From Octopus vulgaris (taxonomy: Eukaryota), in NCBI GenBank assembly GCA_951406725.2, contig OX597818.1:43586001-43650000 (forward strand): 64,000 bases of DNA. The letters run 5' to 3'. Shown in pieces: positions 1 to 12,709 of the stretch. The translations under genes were made by a program, and so were the position numbers. Below the pieces are notes generated by a model that saw only the letters and a program-made list of their open reading frames with translations, did no database searches and had not been told where the DNA came from. Position 1 is the first letter of the stretch, and each line of letters begins with the position of its first letter.

Positions 1-1499
1 CTTGAAGAATCTTCAAGACACTTCACTCCCACTATTCTAATTCCCCTTCAGTTACTCCTATTGACTCTTCTATAAACATGAGCAAACATGTAGTTCCTCT
101 TTGACAAGGTCCCATCTTTCATAGATCTGTTCTGGGCCCATCTTTCAAAGCTTAACCTCTTATATCCCAGAATTAAGCCACCTCTCTTTACTGTAGCCCT
201 ATTCAGACAAAGGGGATCTTGGTCTTGCAGCCTGCACAACAACTTCACTAGTGTTAATGTCATGAAAAAATAGCACCCAGTACTCTCTGTAGATTGGTTG
301 GTATTAAGAAGGACATCTACATGTAGAAACCATGCCAAAGTAGACACTGGAGCATAATGCAGTACTCAGACCCATCGAATCCTGTCAAACTGTCCAGTCC
401 ATACCAGCAAGGAAGGTGGATGTTAAATGATGACAATAATGATGACGATCACACACAGAGTTTTTTCACTTTCTGTCTATCACACTGGTCAGCTTGGGAC
501 CATACTAGAAGACACTTGCCCAAGATGCAGCATAGTGAGATTGAACCTGTAACCTTGTGTTTAATAACTGAACTTCTTTATAAAGCATGCCTACCTAGCC
601 TTATGCTCAAGTAATTTATTAAATATATGTTTGGTAAAATACAAAGAGAGTGCTAGTGGCATGTAAAAAACATCCACTATACTCTCAGAGTGGTTGGTGT
701 TAGGAAGGGCATCCAGCTGTAGAAACATTGCCAGATCAGACTGGAGCCTGGTGCAGCTGCTGGTTTTCCAGACCTCAGTCAAACCATCCAACCCATGCCA
801 GCATGGAAAGCAGACGTTAAACGATAATGATGATGAGAAAATAGCATTAAAACTGTTTCTTATGCTTAAACCTATTCATGTAGAGATTATATGACATGCA
901 AACAATTTAACCTACTTTATCCTACAGAACTTTTTTTCCTTTCTCAAAACCCATGACTTAATTTTAGGTCAGAGCATGAGAAAAAACTGAAAAGTAAACA
1001 CAGAAAAGTTAAAGAAGTAAACACACCCAATTTTACATAAGTGAAAACAAATTAAATCATTTAATATAGCGTGGAGGATATTATCATTGTTGGGTTGTTT
1101 TTTTACTTCTGCTTTTTCATGCTAGTATGAGTTAGATGGGATTTTTTGAGGTGGTGTTTTGTAACAGGATATCTTTCCTGATGCCTTTATTTTTAGTTAC
1201 TTCTTACAACAATAGGGACAGCGTGTACCTATTCTAAACACCAGTACTCACAAAAGCAACTTGGTCAGAGAGTATCATTTCATATCTCAACTGCCAGGTT
1301 TCCTTTGAATAGATGGGATGGTGAAAATCCAAATGCCATCTATATTATATAACTGGTGATGTGGCATGTTTGATTTAGTCTTTCTTCAAAATACTAGTAA
1401 TATAATCTGGCATTGGTACATGTAGAATAAAAAAAATAGGATAAATAATTGAAAAACTAATGCCTGATATAGTTTCTTTTTTTATGGGTTACTCATTAT

Positions 1500-1625
1500 C
1501 ATCATCATCATTTAATGTCCATTGTCCATGCTGACATGGGTAGAATGGTTTGACCGGGCTGGCATGCTGAAAAAACCGTCCAACCCATGCCAGCATGGAC
1601 AACGGACGTTAAATGATGATGATGA
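1500..1625. repeat. Inverted pair of SINE/LINE tails forming a ~50-bp hairpin
   Basis: CATCATCATCATTTAATGTCCATTGTCCATGCTGACATGGGT ... ACCCATGCCAGCATGGACAACGGACGTTAAATGATGATGATG. Confidence 0.8.
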
Positions 1626-4600
1626 GCAACCCAACCAAAATAGCAAAAACAAATTTTAAAAACTGACAAATGTACCCGTCATGTTAAGTATATAATTTTG
1701 ATTTGCCACTTAACATAGCTGGAATAATTATTTATATTTTTAATTACCCAAGGTAGGACAAATGCAATTCTTTGTTCAATACCATACATACTGGTGACAA
1801 ACTGGCATAGTAATCAGAGTGTCAGACAGAACGCTTTGTGGCATTTGTTCTAACTCTCAGCACTTGAAGTTCAAATCTCACCAAAGTCATTTTTACCAGT
1901 CACCCTTTCAGGACTGATAAAAAAATATACCAAAGCAGGACAGTGGAGTAATGGGACTGTAAGAATGTCAGACTGGATTCTTGACAGTACTTTTTCTTGC
2001 TCTTTGCATTCTGAGTTCAAATCCTGCTGAGGCCTACATAGGTGATAAACCTAATCCATTACCCAGTTTAAAACCACCACCTGGCACCTTGGGTGCCTTT
2101 AGCCAAATCCACTCTGTTGGAAAAGACCCTTTTCTCTCCCTACCACCAGTCTTGTAGACCCTGTAAAAGATCATACAGTCACTTTCCCAATGAGAGAAAA
2201 TAGTTTATGCTGAATGTCAAAGTTTACAATACAAAACTTAAACTGAATAGATAAGCTTGTTATTACTGGTATTCCTGCTGTGGCTATTATTATATGCATT
2301 CATTCCTCCTTGCCCAAGTTAGCAAACAAGTCAGATTACTAGATAGAGAATTCTCACACTCTTGTCCCACTTTTCTAAACTTCCCATGTATGACTAACTG
2401 CCATTACTCCAATTACAACCCACAACTGCCATCACTCCAACTATTGTGACCAACAACCATTACTCCAATTACTACAATCTGTTAGTCAACCTTAAACTCA
2501 CTACTACTCCTCTTCCAATAAATAGACCAGCTTGCTTTAAGCTCTATTCCCTGCCCTACCCTCATGGGATCTTCATATGTGCAAACAAAACTGCCAGACT
2601 ACTGAAGCTCATCCCTACCAATGGCACATTACCCAGCCTGAACAAACTTCAAAACTGCCAGTCTACTACGGTAAAATGCAATTAAAGAATATGAAATTAG
2701 AGAAAACAGCCAAGCCATTAAAGAGAGACACCAAGATACTGAAAATGCTCCTGCTAATTTAATCCCTTTTCCCACTAAAATACAAAGATCTTGATCTGAC
2801 ATTGTAATGACCTCTAATGATCTCTGGTAAGCTATTTGAATAAGAAGCCTTTTTTTTCAAAGAGTGATAATAAAACAAAGAAGGAGAAAACAAGAAAGAA
2901 AGCTACAGCTCCTTAAAAGATTGTTTTGATTTGCATCAACAGACTAGATTGCTAGAAACCGAGTAGAATATATCACTTGAGTAGCCATAAGAAGCAGATA
3001 TGAACATTTAACTCTCACTTCTTGAACAAAACATGCACTCAAAATAGCAATGATCAATCATATAACTACCTACAAAAAAAAAGGGTCAAGAAACTTCTTA
3101 AAAAAACCAAAGGTATCAGCCTACTTACCATTGCCTACAAATTGCTCACTGACAACATAATTTACCAAATTTACTAGATATTTTACTGTGTAAAATACTT
3201 CTAATATAAGCCGAATTTCTTGAAATGGCCAACAAATTTACTTTCTTTGACAACTATACCAAATAAATAACCATTACTATTGGAAATTCCTTTGCCAAGA
3301 TGAACTATTTAATTCAAGGTCATAATATGATGATGATAATGATGATGAATATATAAGCTATTGCGTACGTTACACTTGACAAGTAAACAAAGAGCGTACA
3401 GAACCTAACCCGACAACATGACATGTCCAAGTTAGCAGTTAAAAATAGTAAAAAAAAACTATATATCTAATGGTATATAAATATCTAAATTTACAATGAT
3501 GCAACATTTCTCACCTTTCCATTACAATATAGAGAAAAAGGAAGTAAAACTTTTTAAGAAAGACAATTGTATAGGTGAAAGGATTTTCAAAACAAATTAA
3601 GATTTTCCTTGTTGGGATAAAGAAAGTTCCAGATATCATCTATTAATTAATTTAAGAGATGTCACTAGCTATAGCTGATAAAGTAACAAAGAAAATTAAC
3701 AGTTTTCAGAGCTAAGTAGATAATTTTCTCATTTTATCATAATTTATCAAGTGCATTACAGTAGTTAGCGCAGTGGTCTTGCAAACCAGAGGTTACAAGT
3801 TTGGTCTTTACTAGACGCTGTTGCAAGCCTTTCTATGGGCACTGACATGGCTGTGCGGTTAAGAAGCTTACTTCCCAACTACATGGTCTCGGTTTCAGTT
3901 CCACTGTGCATCACCTTGCGCAAGTGTCATCTGCTACAGGCCCTGGCTCACCAAAGCCTTGTGAGTGGATTTGGAAGATGGTAACTGAACATTAAAAGCA
4001 CCCGTACCAGTGCCACGTAAATGCACTTGTGCCAGTGTTGTGTAAAAGCAACCAAAGTAGACTCTGTAAAGCAGTTGGCATTATGAGGAAGGACATCCAG
4101 CCACAGAAACCATGCCAAAACAGACATGGAGCCTAGGCAGATCAGCTGGCCAGCTCTTGTCAGACCATCCAACCCATGCTAGCATGGAAAACAAACGTTA
4201 AATGATGATGATGATATATATATCATCATCATTGTCGTCATTATTTAACATCCGTTTTCCGTGCTAGCACGGGTTGGATGGTTCGACCGGGGTCTGGGAA
4301 GCCAGGAGGCTGCACCAGGCTCCAGTCTGATCTGGCAGTGTTTCTACAGCTGGATGCCCTTCCTAACGCCAACCACTCTGTTTGGGAGTGGCACTTCTTC
4401 ACACATCTCTCCTCATCCATCCGCAGTACATGACCATACCAGCGCAACTGTGCAAATGTAGACATTAGAGCTTGATGCAGTCCTTGGACACATTAGATGA
4501 GGTCAAACCATCCAACCTAAACCATCATGGAACATGGAGGTTAAATGATAATGATGATATACATGTGAGTGTGCGCCTATGCATACCCTTACCCAGACAT

Positions 4601-5839
4601 CACACGATGGTTGTAAATGAGCAACATCATCATGCATGTGACGTTATTCATTTCCAGTCTTCTGTGAAAAACATGTCAGACCATGAGGAAATATTACCTT
4701 CCTTGCAAACAGCTGAGAGTTGGTGACAAGAAGGGCACCTGGCTATAGAAAAATCTGCCCCAACCAATTCTCTGTGTGCCATACAATCATGGATAGAAGA
4801 AGGCATGGCTGTGTGATAGGAAGTTTCTTTCCTAACCACATGGTTCTAGGTTCAGTCCCACTACATGGGACCTTGGACAAGTGTCTTCTATTATAACCTC
4901 ATGCTGACCACTTGTGAGTAGATTTGGTAGACAGAAACTGAAAGAAGTCCACTGTTTTTTTTGTGTGTGTCTGTATTTGTCCCCCCCCCCCTCGCCTCAC
5001 TATTTGACAACTGGTGTTGGGTGTGTTTATGTCCCCATAACTTTGTGGTTCAGCAAAAGAAAAGAGAGAAAAACTGGTGTTAGTTTGTTCAACTTAACTT
5101 CTATAAGGTCATGCCCCAACATGGCCAGTCTAATGACTGAAACAAGTTAAAGGTAACTTATTTATTTATTTTTCACTCTAAATAATCACAATATTAGACT
5201 TTTCAGTTTCCAAATTCACATTGGTTATCAATTATAAAATATTATAATTTCAGTTTATTAAAAACAGAAGTCATAAATTTAACCATTCAATCAGTTTAAA
5301 ATTTGCATTGATCTACAAAGTGGCACACATTTGGGATTCTTCACAATAGGGTTAGGCCTATCAGATGTAAGTTGAGGTGTATTAACAGGAACAAGAGCAC
5401 TTGGAGAGTGTAAGCCTCCACCAAGGCATCACCAATGTCCTCTCAACGATTAGCTGAAGATAATTTTTGAAATGAGAATATCTGAAATAAACTCGACTGT
5501 TCTCGCAAACAAGAATACTAAAAATGAACCCGACTACTCTCAAAAATTAAGTAAAAAAAAAAGAAAACGGAAAAATAATCCAGAATCCTTGTTTGGCACT
5601 GGATTGATCCCAAAATCTAATCAGTTTGTGCCAGTTACAAGGCCAAACATCCCTGAAAGTTTCATCCAAATCCATCCAGTGGTTCTTGAGATATCTTGTT
5701 CACAGACGAACAAACATGATTGAAAACAATACCTCTGCCTTCGCTAAGGTGGAGGCAATAAAGTTCAGTGTGTACAAGGGACTTTGTAATTCTAAATTTA
5801 TTGTAGAAGTAGTAACACAAGTACAAAACAAATGATCCA

Positions 5840-6170
5840 CTGATTCTCAGAACCAGATATATAGTTTATACTCTAAGAGGGGAGTTTGATTCTTCAGCTT
5901 AGGATTTTAGCATTTAAAAAATTTTGCAATTTCTTGTCATACATAAATGAAACAGACTTTTGATCTGTTGCTAAATTCAAATGTTTTGAGGAGAAATTTA
6001 TCTATTTTGTCACAGCTTCTGTAACTGCAAAGGTTTCATTTTCAATGTCACAAGAGTTTTTCTTTGCAGTTTTATTTAAGGACCTTCATAAAAATGCCAC
6101 AAGTCTACCATCATATGATAATGTTGCAGCAATAGTTTCATCATGAGCATCTGTTTCTTAAGTTAAAACA
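5840..6170 (-). mobile_element. Ty3/Gypsy pol relic (RNase H domain)
   Basis: Stop- and frameshift-riddled translation ETDAHDETIAATLSYDGRLVAFL*RSLNK...IENETFAVTEAV...ATDQKSVSFMYDKK...KILS*RI matches the Gypsy RNase H pattern TDAS..AIAA.L.Q...VAF.SR.L...EKE..A..EA...TDQKS. Confidence 0.7.
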
Positions 6171-6324
6171 AATCATCATTAGCCGCCCATTCAGTATAAT
6201 TTTTAAATGGGACTGATATACTTTACAGTATCCTCAGATAGAAGGAAATTTTCATCAACAGCTTATTTTACAAAAAGAAGAAAGATACCCATTTTGTGTA
6301 GTATGCAAAACATCCATTGTAATT

Positions 6325-6790
6325 CATCATCATCATCGTTTAATGTCCGTTTTCCAGGCTAGCATGGGTTGGATGGTTCGACCGGGGTCTGGGAAGCCAG
6401 GAGGCTGCACCAGGCTCCAGTCTGATCTGGCAGTGTTTCTACAGCTGGATGCCCTTCCTAACGCCAACCACTCCGTGAGTGTAGTGGGTGCTTTTTACGT
6501 GCCACCGGCACAGGTGCCAGTGGAGGCTGGCAACGGCCACGATTGGTTGGTGCTTTTTACGTGCCACCGGCACGGAAGCCAGTCAAGGCGGAGCTGGCAT
6601 CGGCCATGTATGGATGGTACATTTTAGGTGCCAGGGGAGGCTGGCAACGGCCACAAACAGTTGGTGCTTTTTACGTGCCACCGGCAAGGAAGCCAGTCAA
6701 GGCGGCGCTGGCATTGGCCATGTACGGATGGTGCAGTTTACGTGCCACTGGCACTGACACAGGTATCACAACTACAATTTCCATTGATTG
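6325..6790 (-). mobile_element. Abundant (GAT)n-tailed retroposon family with internal ~55-bp tandem subrepeats
   Basis: Core GGATGCCCTTCCTAACGCCAACCACT and GGTGCTTTTTACGTGCCACCGGCA repeats. Further copies at ~650-833, 4010-4380, 7180-7650, 18130-18560, 24320-24480, 30130-30486, 38385-38700, 39370-39780, 49130-49565, 52590-52770 and 53185-53440. Confidence 0.85.
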
Positions 6791-8607
6791 CTATTTTCAA
6801 GCATAGCTATTCAGAGTCGGTTCATAATTCTCTAAGTGAAATTAATAGATATTAGCTTTGATCAAGCAGCCCTATGGCATGCAGGCAATCAGCTGAATGA
6901 CATACAATCCCCAGATCTTTCCATTTATACCATGTCTTGGTCTCAAAATGCAGCAATGACAGTCTAGACATTTTGCACTCTCTTCCCCACTCAGTCTATT
7001 CCTGAACACCCATAGATTCTAGTGATGCCCAGAATGTAACAATCGGTGTCCTTTGCACCCAATATTTGTTTTAGGCCAGTGAGGATTTGATGATGTTGCT
7101 ATTTCTGTATGTATGTGTTTATTTTTGTTTGGACTGAGTGAGAGAAATAATATTTTGTGGAAGTTGTACTTGTACTCTCATCATCATCATCGCTTAACGT
7201 CTGCTTTCCATGCTTGCATGGGTTGGATGATTTGACTGAGGACTGACGAACCAGATGGTTGCACCAGGTTCCAATCTTGATCTGGCAGAGTTTCTACAGC
7301 TGGATGCCCTTCCTAACGCCAACCACTCCAAGAGTGTAGTGGGTGCTTTTATGTGCCACCAGCACGAGGGCCAGTCAGGCAGTACTGGCAACGGCCACGC
7401 TCAAATGGTGCTTTTTATGTGCCACCTGCACAGGATCCAGTCCAGCAGAACTGGCAACGACCTCGCCCGAATGTTTTTTCACGTGCCACCAGCACAAGTG
7501 CCAGTAAGGCAACACCGGTAACGATCACACTCGAATGGTGCTTTTTACATGCCCTGGCATGGGAGCCAGTTTGTTGCTCTGGCAACAATCACACTTGGAT
7601 GGTGCTCTTAGCGCTCCACTAGCACGGATGCCAGTCATCGAATTTGATTTGTGCTCTATGGTGTCGTATAAGTATTTGGGTGCTTAGAAGTGATTTTCCA
7701 TGTAAAGGCTGGCACTGAGCGGATTGAAGTCTAGAGCAGCAACAAACTGTCACTCACATATCCAGATGGTTTTCCATTATTTAAAAATATTTGTTCTATT
7801 GCATACATGGCTTGTGCACAACCAATTCTGATGCATAGTGTGTTTTTTTTGTAGATTATTGTACTTTGCTGTACAGAGAGTTGGGGCCCAGTAGGACTGA
7901 CAAAGTCTGTGATAGTGCTAATGTTTTCTTTACACACCATTGTTAATGTTTGTTTCTGTTGGTTAAATCGGATGCACAAATTACTGTAAAATATATATGC
8001 TTCATTTTGCTCTTTTAATGTCAAGTATGCTGGCTAAACGGCTCTGGCCTGGGGAAAGACTTGGCCACCTACTCCAGTATCCTGGCCAATATACTCTATG
8101 GATCAAAAGTTTAAGAATTCTAATGACTGGAGGACAACAAGTGACCGAGAGTCGACTTCGACTGAGCAGATAGAGAGAGAGTGAATGATGTGGAGGAGGT
8201 TGATCTAACACCTCATGCTTTTGTCATCCGTCTATGTGAGTGTGTGTGGTATGTTTATACTGTGTATGTGAGTTGGCTATATCAGATGTTCTTTGGTGTT
8301 GCTCATAAGAGATGGGATAGTGATTTTGGTAGATGTGGAGTCAGATTTCTTGGTGATTAAAGTAGGTTGGAGTATTTGTGTGGCAATATGTGGAGAATAG
8401 CAAGAGGATGCGAGTGTGATGTCATTTGCACATGAGACTGTCTGTACTTACACACCTTTTGTAAAGGTGTGTAAAAGTTGTATAAGTGTAGGCTGAAAAG
8501 AGTGATTAAGAGGATGGGTTCTTGTGATGCATCATTCATGAAACTGCAGATTCTGTTGAGAGCTTTAACAAATAGCTCTAACAATTCTGATTTGGTCATG
8601 GCATAAT

Positions 8608-8939
8608 AACTTGCTTTCTGCTTTTGTGTGTGTGTGTATATAACTAATTAATGTGTGTGTGTTTATCTATCTTTATATATATATACACACACACACACAT
8701 GTAGAAAGCAAACTTATAGCTTGCTTTCTGCTTTTGTGTGTGTGTATATAACTAATTAATGTGTGTGTGTTTATCTATCTTTATTTATATATATATATAT
8801 ATATATATACATACACACACACACATGTAGAAAGCAAACTTATAGCTTGCTTTCTACTTTTGTGTTTGTGTGTGAGTCTGTGTGTGTATACAACTAATTA
8901 ATGTGTGTGTTTGTATCTATCTAATGTGTGTGTATCTAC

Positions 8940-8979
<40 letters not shown>

Positions 8980-9006
8980 CACATACAGCATGTAGAAATC
9001 AAACTT
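8608..9006. repeat. ~110-120-bp tandem repeat with embedded (TG)n/(TA)n/(CA)n microsatellites
   Basis: Unit CTTGCTTTCTGCTTTTGTGTGTG...CATGTAGAAAGCAAACTTA repeated about three times. Confidence 0.8.
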
Positions 9007-9210
9007 AAAATATACTGGAGTGTACAGGAAGAGTATAAACAATTAAACTGATCCCCAGAACATTACTTGTAATCATTTTATCACATTTCAGTACAGTGTA
9101 AAGTTGACAGTAGCAAGGTTTGAATTCACAACAGCATGCTAACAAAGATCCGATCAAATGGTCCTTGTTATCTTCCTCGCCAACAAAAACAAAAGAAAAA
9201 AAGCACTTAC

Positions 9211-9372
9211 TGAATAAACTCCATCAAACCATATATATATATATACTTTACATTAGTGGTTACCAACTAGTGTGAGACGACGCCCTGGAGTTTTGTATAG
9301 CCTTCAGTAATTAAGGATGTCGCAGGATTTTAGATTTAAATAGCAATTGACAAAAATATCAAAGTCCATATT
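9211..9372 (-). other. Probable second exon (largely non-coding) of the leftward gene
   Basis: Acceptor AATTTTAG| at 9373-74 and perfect donor CA|GTAAGT at 9205-10. Contains a short ORF (MDFDIFVNCYLNLKSCDILNY*) and a terminal ATG GAG TTT ATT CA. Confidence 0.35.
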
Positions 9373-10226
9373 CTAAAATTGGAGGAGTGAATTTTGAGGG
9401 AGAGATACACTTAGTGCGAACCCATATTTTGCTCTGGAATTCACATTTTCTCTGTTAGAATAAAATAAGGGAGTCACTTATCCTCAGCGTTGGGAGATGG
9501 AGTAATGATACCACTTAAACATTGGAAACCACTGCTCTGTGTACTTGTTATAAATGTATAAACTTCACACTTAATGTAATTTTTTTAGTGTCTTTTTCTT
9601 TGTTATTTGAATTGACGAGAACTGTTAGACATGTGTCTATTAATTTAAAAGCGGGCGGGGGGGACGATAATTGAATTCAGACATTGGCGGAATCCCATCA
9701 TTGATTGAAATTGTATACATAATGTAAAACAATTAGTCATTTCAATAATTCCTTTGTCTTACGATTTAAAGACAATTTAAAAAGTAAAAGAATATAAGGA
9801 GGAAAATGCCCACGTCAAAAGTAGAGGATGTTTGAATGTCAAAATCCAGCTGATTTAAGACATTACATAAAACGAGTGAATACTATCGTAATAAAAAGGT
9901 TAAGTTATGTCATAGTTAGAATTATTACCATAATATACGCTATTGATCTTTTTGGCTTTTAATGAATTATTTTGTGCATTTGAAATTAAGAGTTTTGACG
10001 AAATACGTGTTTAAAAAGGCAAATAAATATGGGTGGGTTAAACATAATCGTAATTGGCATCAAGACATCGCCGAACAAACGTTAAAAAAATGGAATTATA
10101 AACAGCACAAAGTTAAGAACGGTGTATAAAATAATAGAATGAATGAAGATGCATCAAAAAAGACAAATTGAGTACAATTTTAAGAAGTATGAACATATTA
10201 AAAGTAAAAGTTAATTCGACACATAC

Positions 10227-10995
10227 CAAAAAGGTCAACACAGGAAGCGCTTTTCATTGAAGTAAAAGAATGACGTTAAATGAAAATCGGCAATTTTCGT
10301 TAAACATCGGCTATCTCCGTGCTGTATTATTAAAAGCCTCCGTTGAAAGGAATTGGTTTACGTGACAGCAGCAAGTAGCTGCTATGGTGGCTCTATTTTT
10401 TTTCTTTTTTTATTCTTTCTCTCTGTCTAGCTACGTACAGGCAGCATTATAATGAGCAATTGCCAAACCAATTCGCTATCACTGCAATGAAGTAGAGACT
10501 TCAGCTATCTTTTCCCCGATTGCGTTGGCGGACATCGTCGTCGGTTTACTGGCGATACTAGAGGTTTCCATTGTCACCGATTCCGATCCAAAGGTATATA
10601 CGTGCCTGGTGGTGGCACAAATATGCGACACTTGCCTTTCTGTAACCTCGTCGCTGCACTAGATAGGTGAATCGCAGTCTCCGAGATAGAATCTGGGAAG
10701 CCGCTGTCATTGATATATGTATCGATGATAGTGGTAGCCTTTCGAACCATCTAGCGACCCTAGGCGCACGGAAAACAGGACTTCGTACCTGGGCATTAGC
10801 CATCACTGCTATCCAATCTAGTGGACTCCGCGATCACCGACATGTCCAATGACGCTGGGAATTCTGTGACTGAATGGTACCACATTTCCGGGTTTTATGA
10901 AAGTGGAAGTATTTACTTTGTTAAAAGCAGGTGTTTACCAAAGTAAACTAGTGCGCAGCAGAATGCCGGTTACATATTACAAAGCAGCCAATGTG
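10227..10995 (-). promoter_or_regulatory. Probable promoter and long first (5' leader) exon of an unidentified gene running leftward
   Basis: The only CpG-rich non-repeat island in the left half. On - strand: ETS-like CCGGAAAT (10884-91), Inr-like TTCAGTC (10868-74) and donor TTG|GTATGT at 10221-26. A CCAAT motif lies at ~10988. Confidence 0.45.
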
Positions 10996-11982
10996 GTACT
11001 TGTGGGCCGTTTTCAAAGAAATATTTACTCGCATCTACATTAACTATACCTCCATTCATATCTTGCATATTTTCAGAGGAACACCTTCGTTTAGGTTATT
11101 TCCACCATCAGATGTTCCTCAAACATACTCTCTTAAGTACATACAGCAACAAAGAATACTGATATTTCCCTCTAAAATTTTAAAGTAATAAAAAATACGG
11201 CATTACAGAGGGAGATTGTGAGATTGGGGTACTGGAAGGGCCAAGCAGGCCTCAAGAGTATCACTTAATACTTTAGGAAGATAAATAAACGATGACAAAA
11301 TCCTCTTTGTCAGCAACCTGACACCCCAGAACGTCTTTAATACTATACCTGAAAAATATAAATTGCCATCAAACTACAGTATTTTAGGATTTTATTCCGT
11401 TTATCTGCTAACATACTAGCTCCCATCTCTACCACAGCATCTAGAACATTCATAAGCGACCTGCAACCTGCGGAACATTCTGAATGGCACGTCTAACAAA
11501 AACATTACTTTGAATTTTTTAGTGGCATGGCCTGCTTAATGATGAGCTATGTCTCACACGTCTGGCTTCTGGAAAAAAGGTCTCCTGCCACTGATCTTAT
11601 ATGTAATGAGACAAAAGAATCCGTAACAATGATGTCTTATATGAGGCATCTACTTCTAGCTCAAGGTCTCTTCCTAATGCCATGCAGACTTATGTTCATC
11701 TGTGGTAATGGTTGTCTTAAAGTATTTTGAGAAGAAAATGAGTGTCCCTTGTTGTAGTGGTAATATGAGAGTTTGCTTGCCCTCTCTGACTTATTATTGC
11801 CATGGTCTATTTACTTTCATAAATTGGTAATCTTCTTTAAAAATAAACTTATTAGATATTCATCTTCAGGGGCGGACCGGGGGTGGGAGCTGAGGAGCAC
11901 ATGTCCCCCTCAAGAAAAGAAGTGCACCCTTCTAAATAATGTTACTATGCCCTTTTCTCCTGGAATTGCATTCCCTTCTGAT

Positions 11983-12709
11983 CAGGGCTGGATTAAGATC
12001 CATTGAAGCCCTAAGCACTTATAAGATTTTAGTGCCTCCGTAAAAGATTAATATAAACGATAACAAACCATAAAATAAATTTTTATTTTTCAAAATGAAG
12101 CAAAACAGTAAGACCACATGGTTCCAGGTTCAGTCCCACTGCGTAGCACCTTGGGCAAGTGTCTTCTATTATAGCCTCGGGCCAACCAAAGCCTTGTGAG
12201 TGGATTTGGTAGACGGAAACTGAAAAAAGCCTGTCGTATATATGTATATATATGTGTGTGTTTGTCCCCCCAACATCGCTTGACAACCAATGCTGGTGTG
12301 TTTACGTCCCCGTAACTTAGCAGTTCAGCAAAAGAGACCGTTAGAATAAGTACTAGGCTTACAAAGAATAAGTCCTGGGGTCGATTTGCTCGACTAAAGG
12401 CAGTGCTCCAGCATGGCCACAGTCAAATGACTGAAACAAGTAAAAGAGAGGGAAAATAATGTTTATTTTTGTATACTTCCACTTTATATTTGAAAAGCCT
12501 CCTCCAACTTTTTTGAATTGGAAAGTCTTCAATCACATTCTCAAAATTAATCTTAGGTAATACATCTGGCATCCCGAATATTATTTTAGCAAGTTTAAAG
12601 TGTACCATAAATCTTGTACCATAAATCATTGACCATTTCTGTAGTGCCCCCTCCTTCCCTTGATGCCCTAAGCACGTGCATATTTTGCTTAATGGTTAAT
12701 CCAGCGCTG
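11983..12709. mobile_element. Non-autonomous hAT element carrying an inserted SINE
   Basis: TIRs CAGGGCTGGATTAA / TTAATCCAGCGCTG with an imperfect 8-bp TSD (CTTCTGAT/CTTCTAAC). Residual hAT C-terminus DVLPKINFENVIEDFPIQKSWRRLF on -. Confidence 0.7.

Noticed and set aside
6480-6760. Regularly spaced ~25-bp repeats resembling a CRISPR array
   Set aside because: Eukaryotic context; the spacers are similar to each other and part of a dispersed retroposon family.
10430-10890. Structured ncRNA (telomerase, RNase P or MRP) on the CpG island
   Set aside because: No template or P4 consensus on either strand; promoter/first-exon features explain it better.
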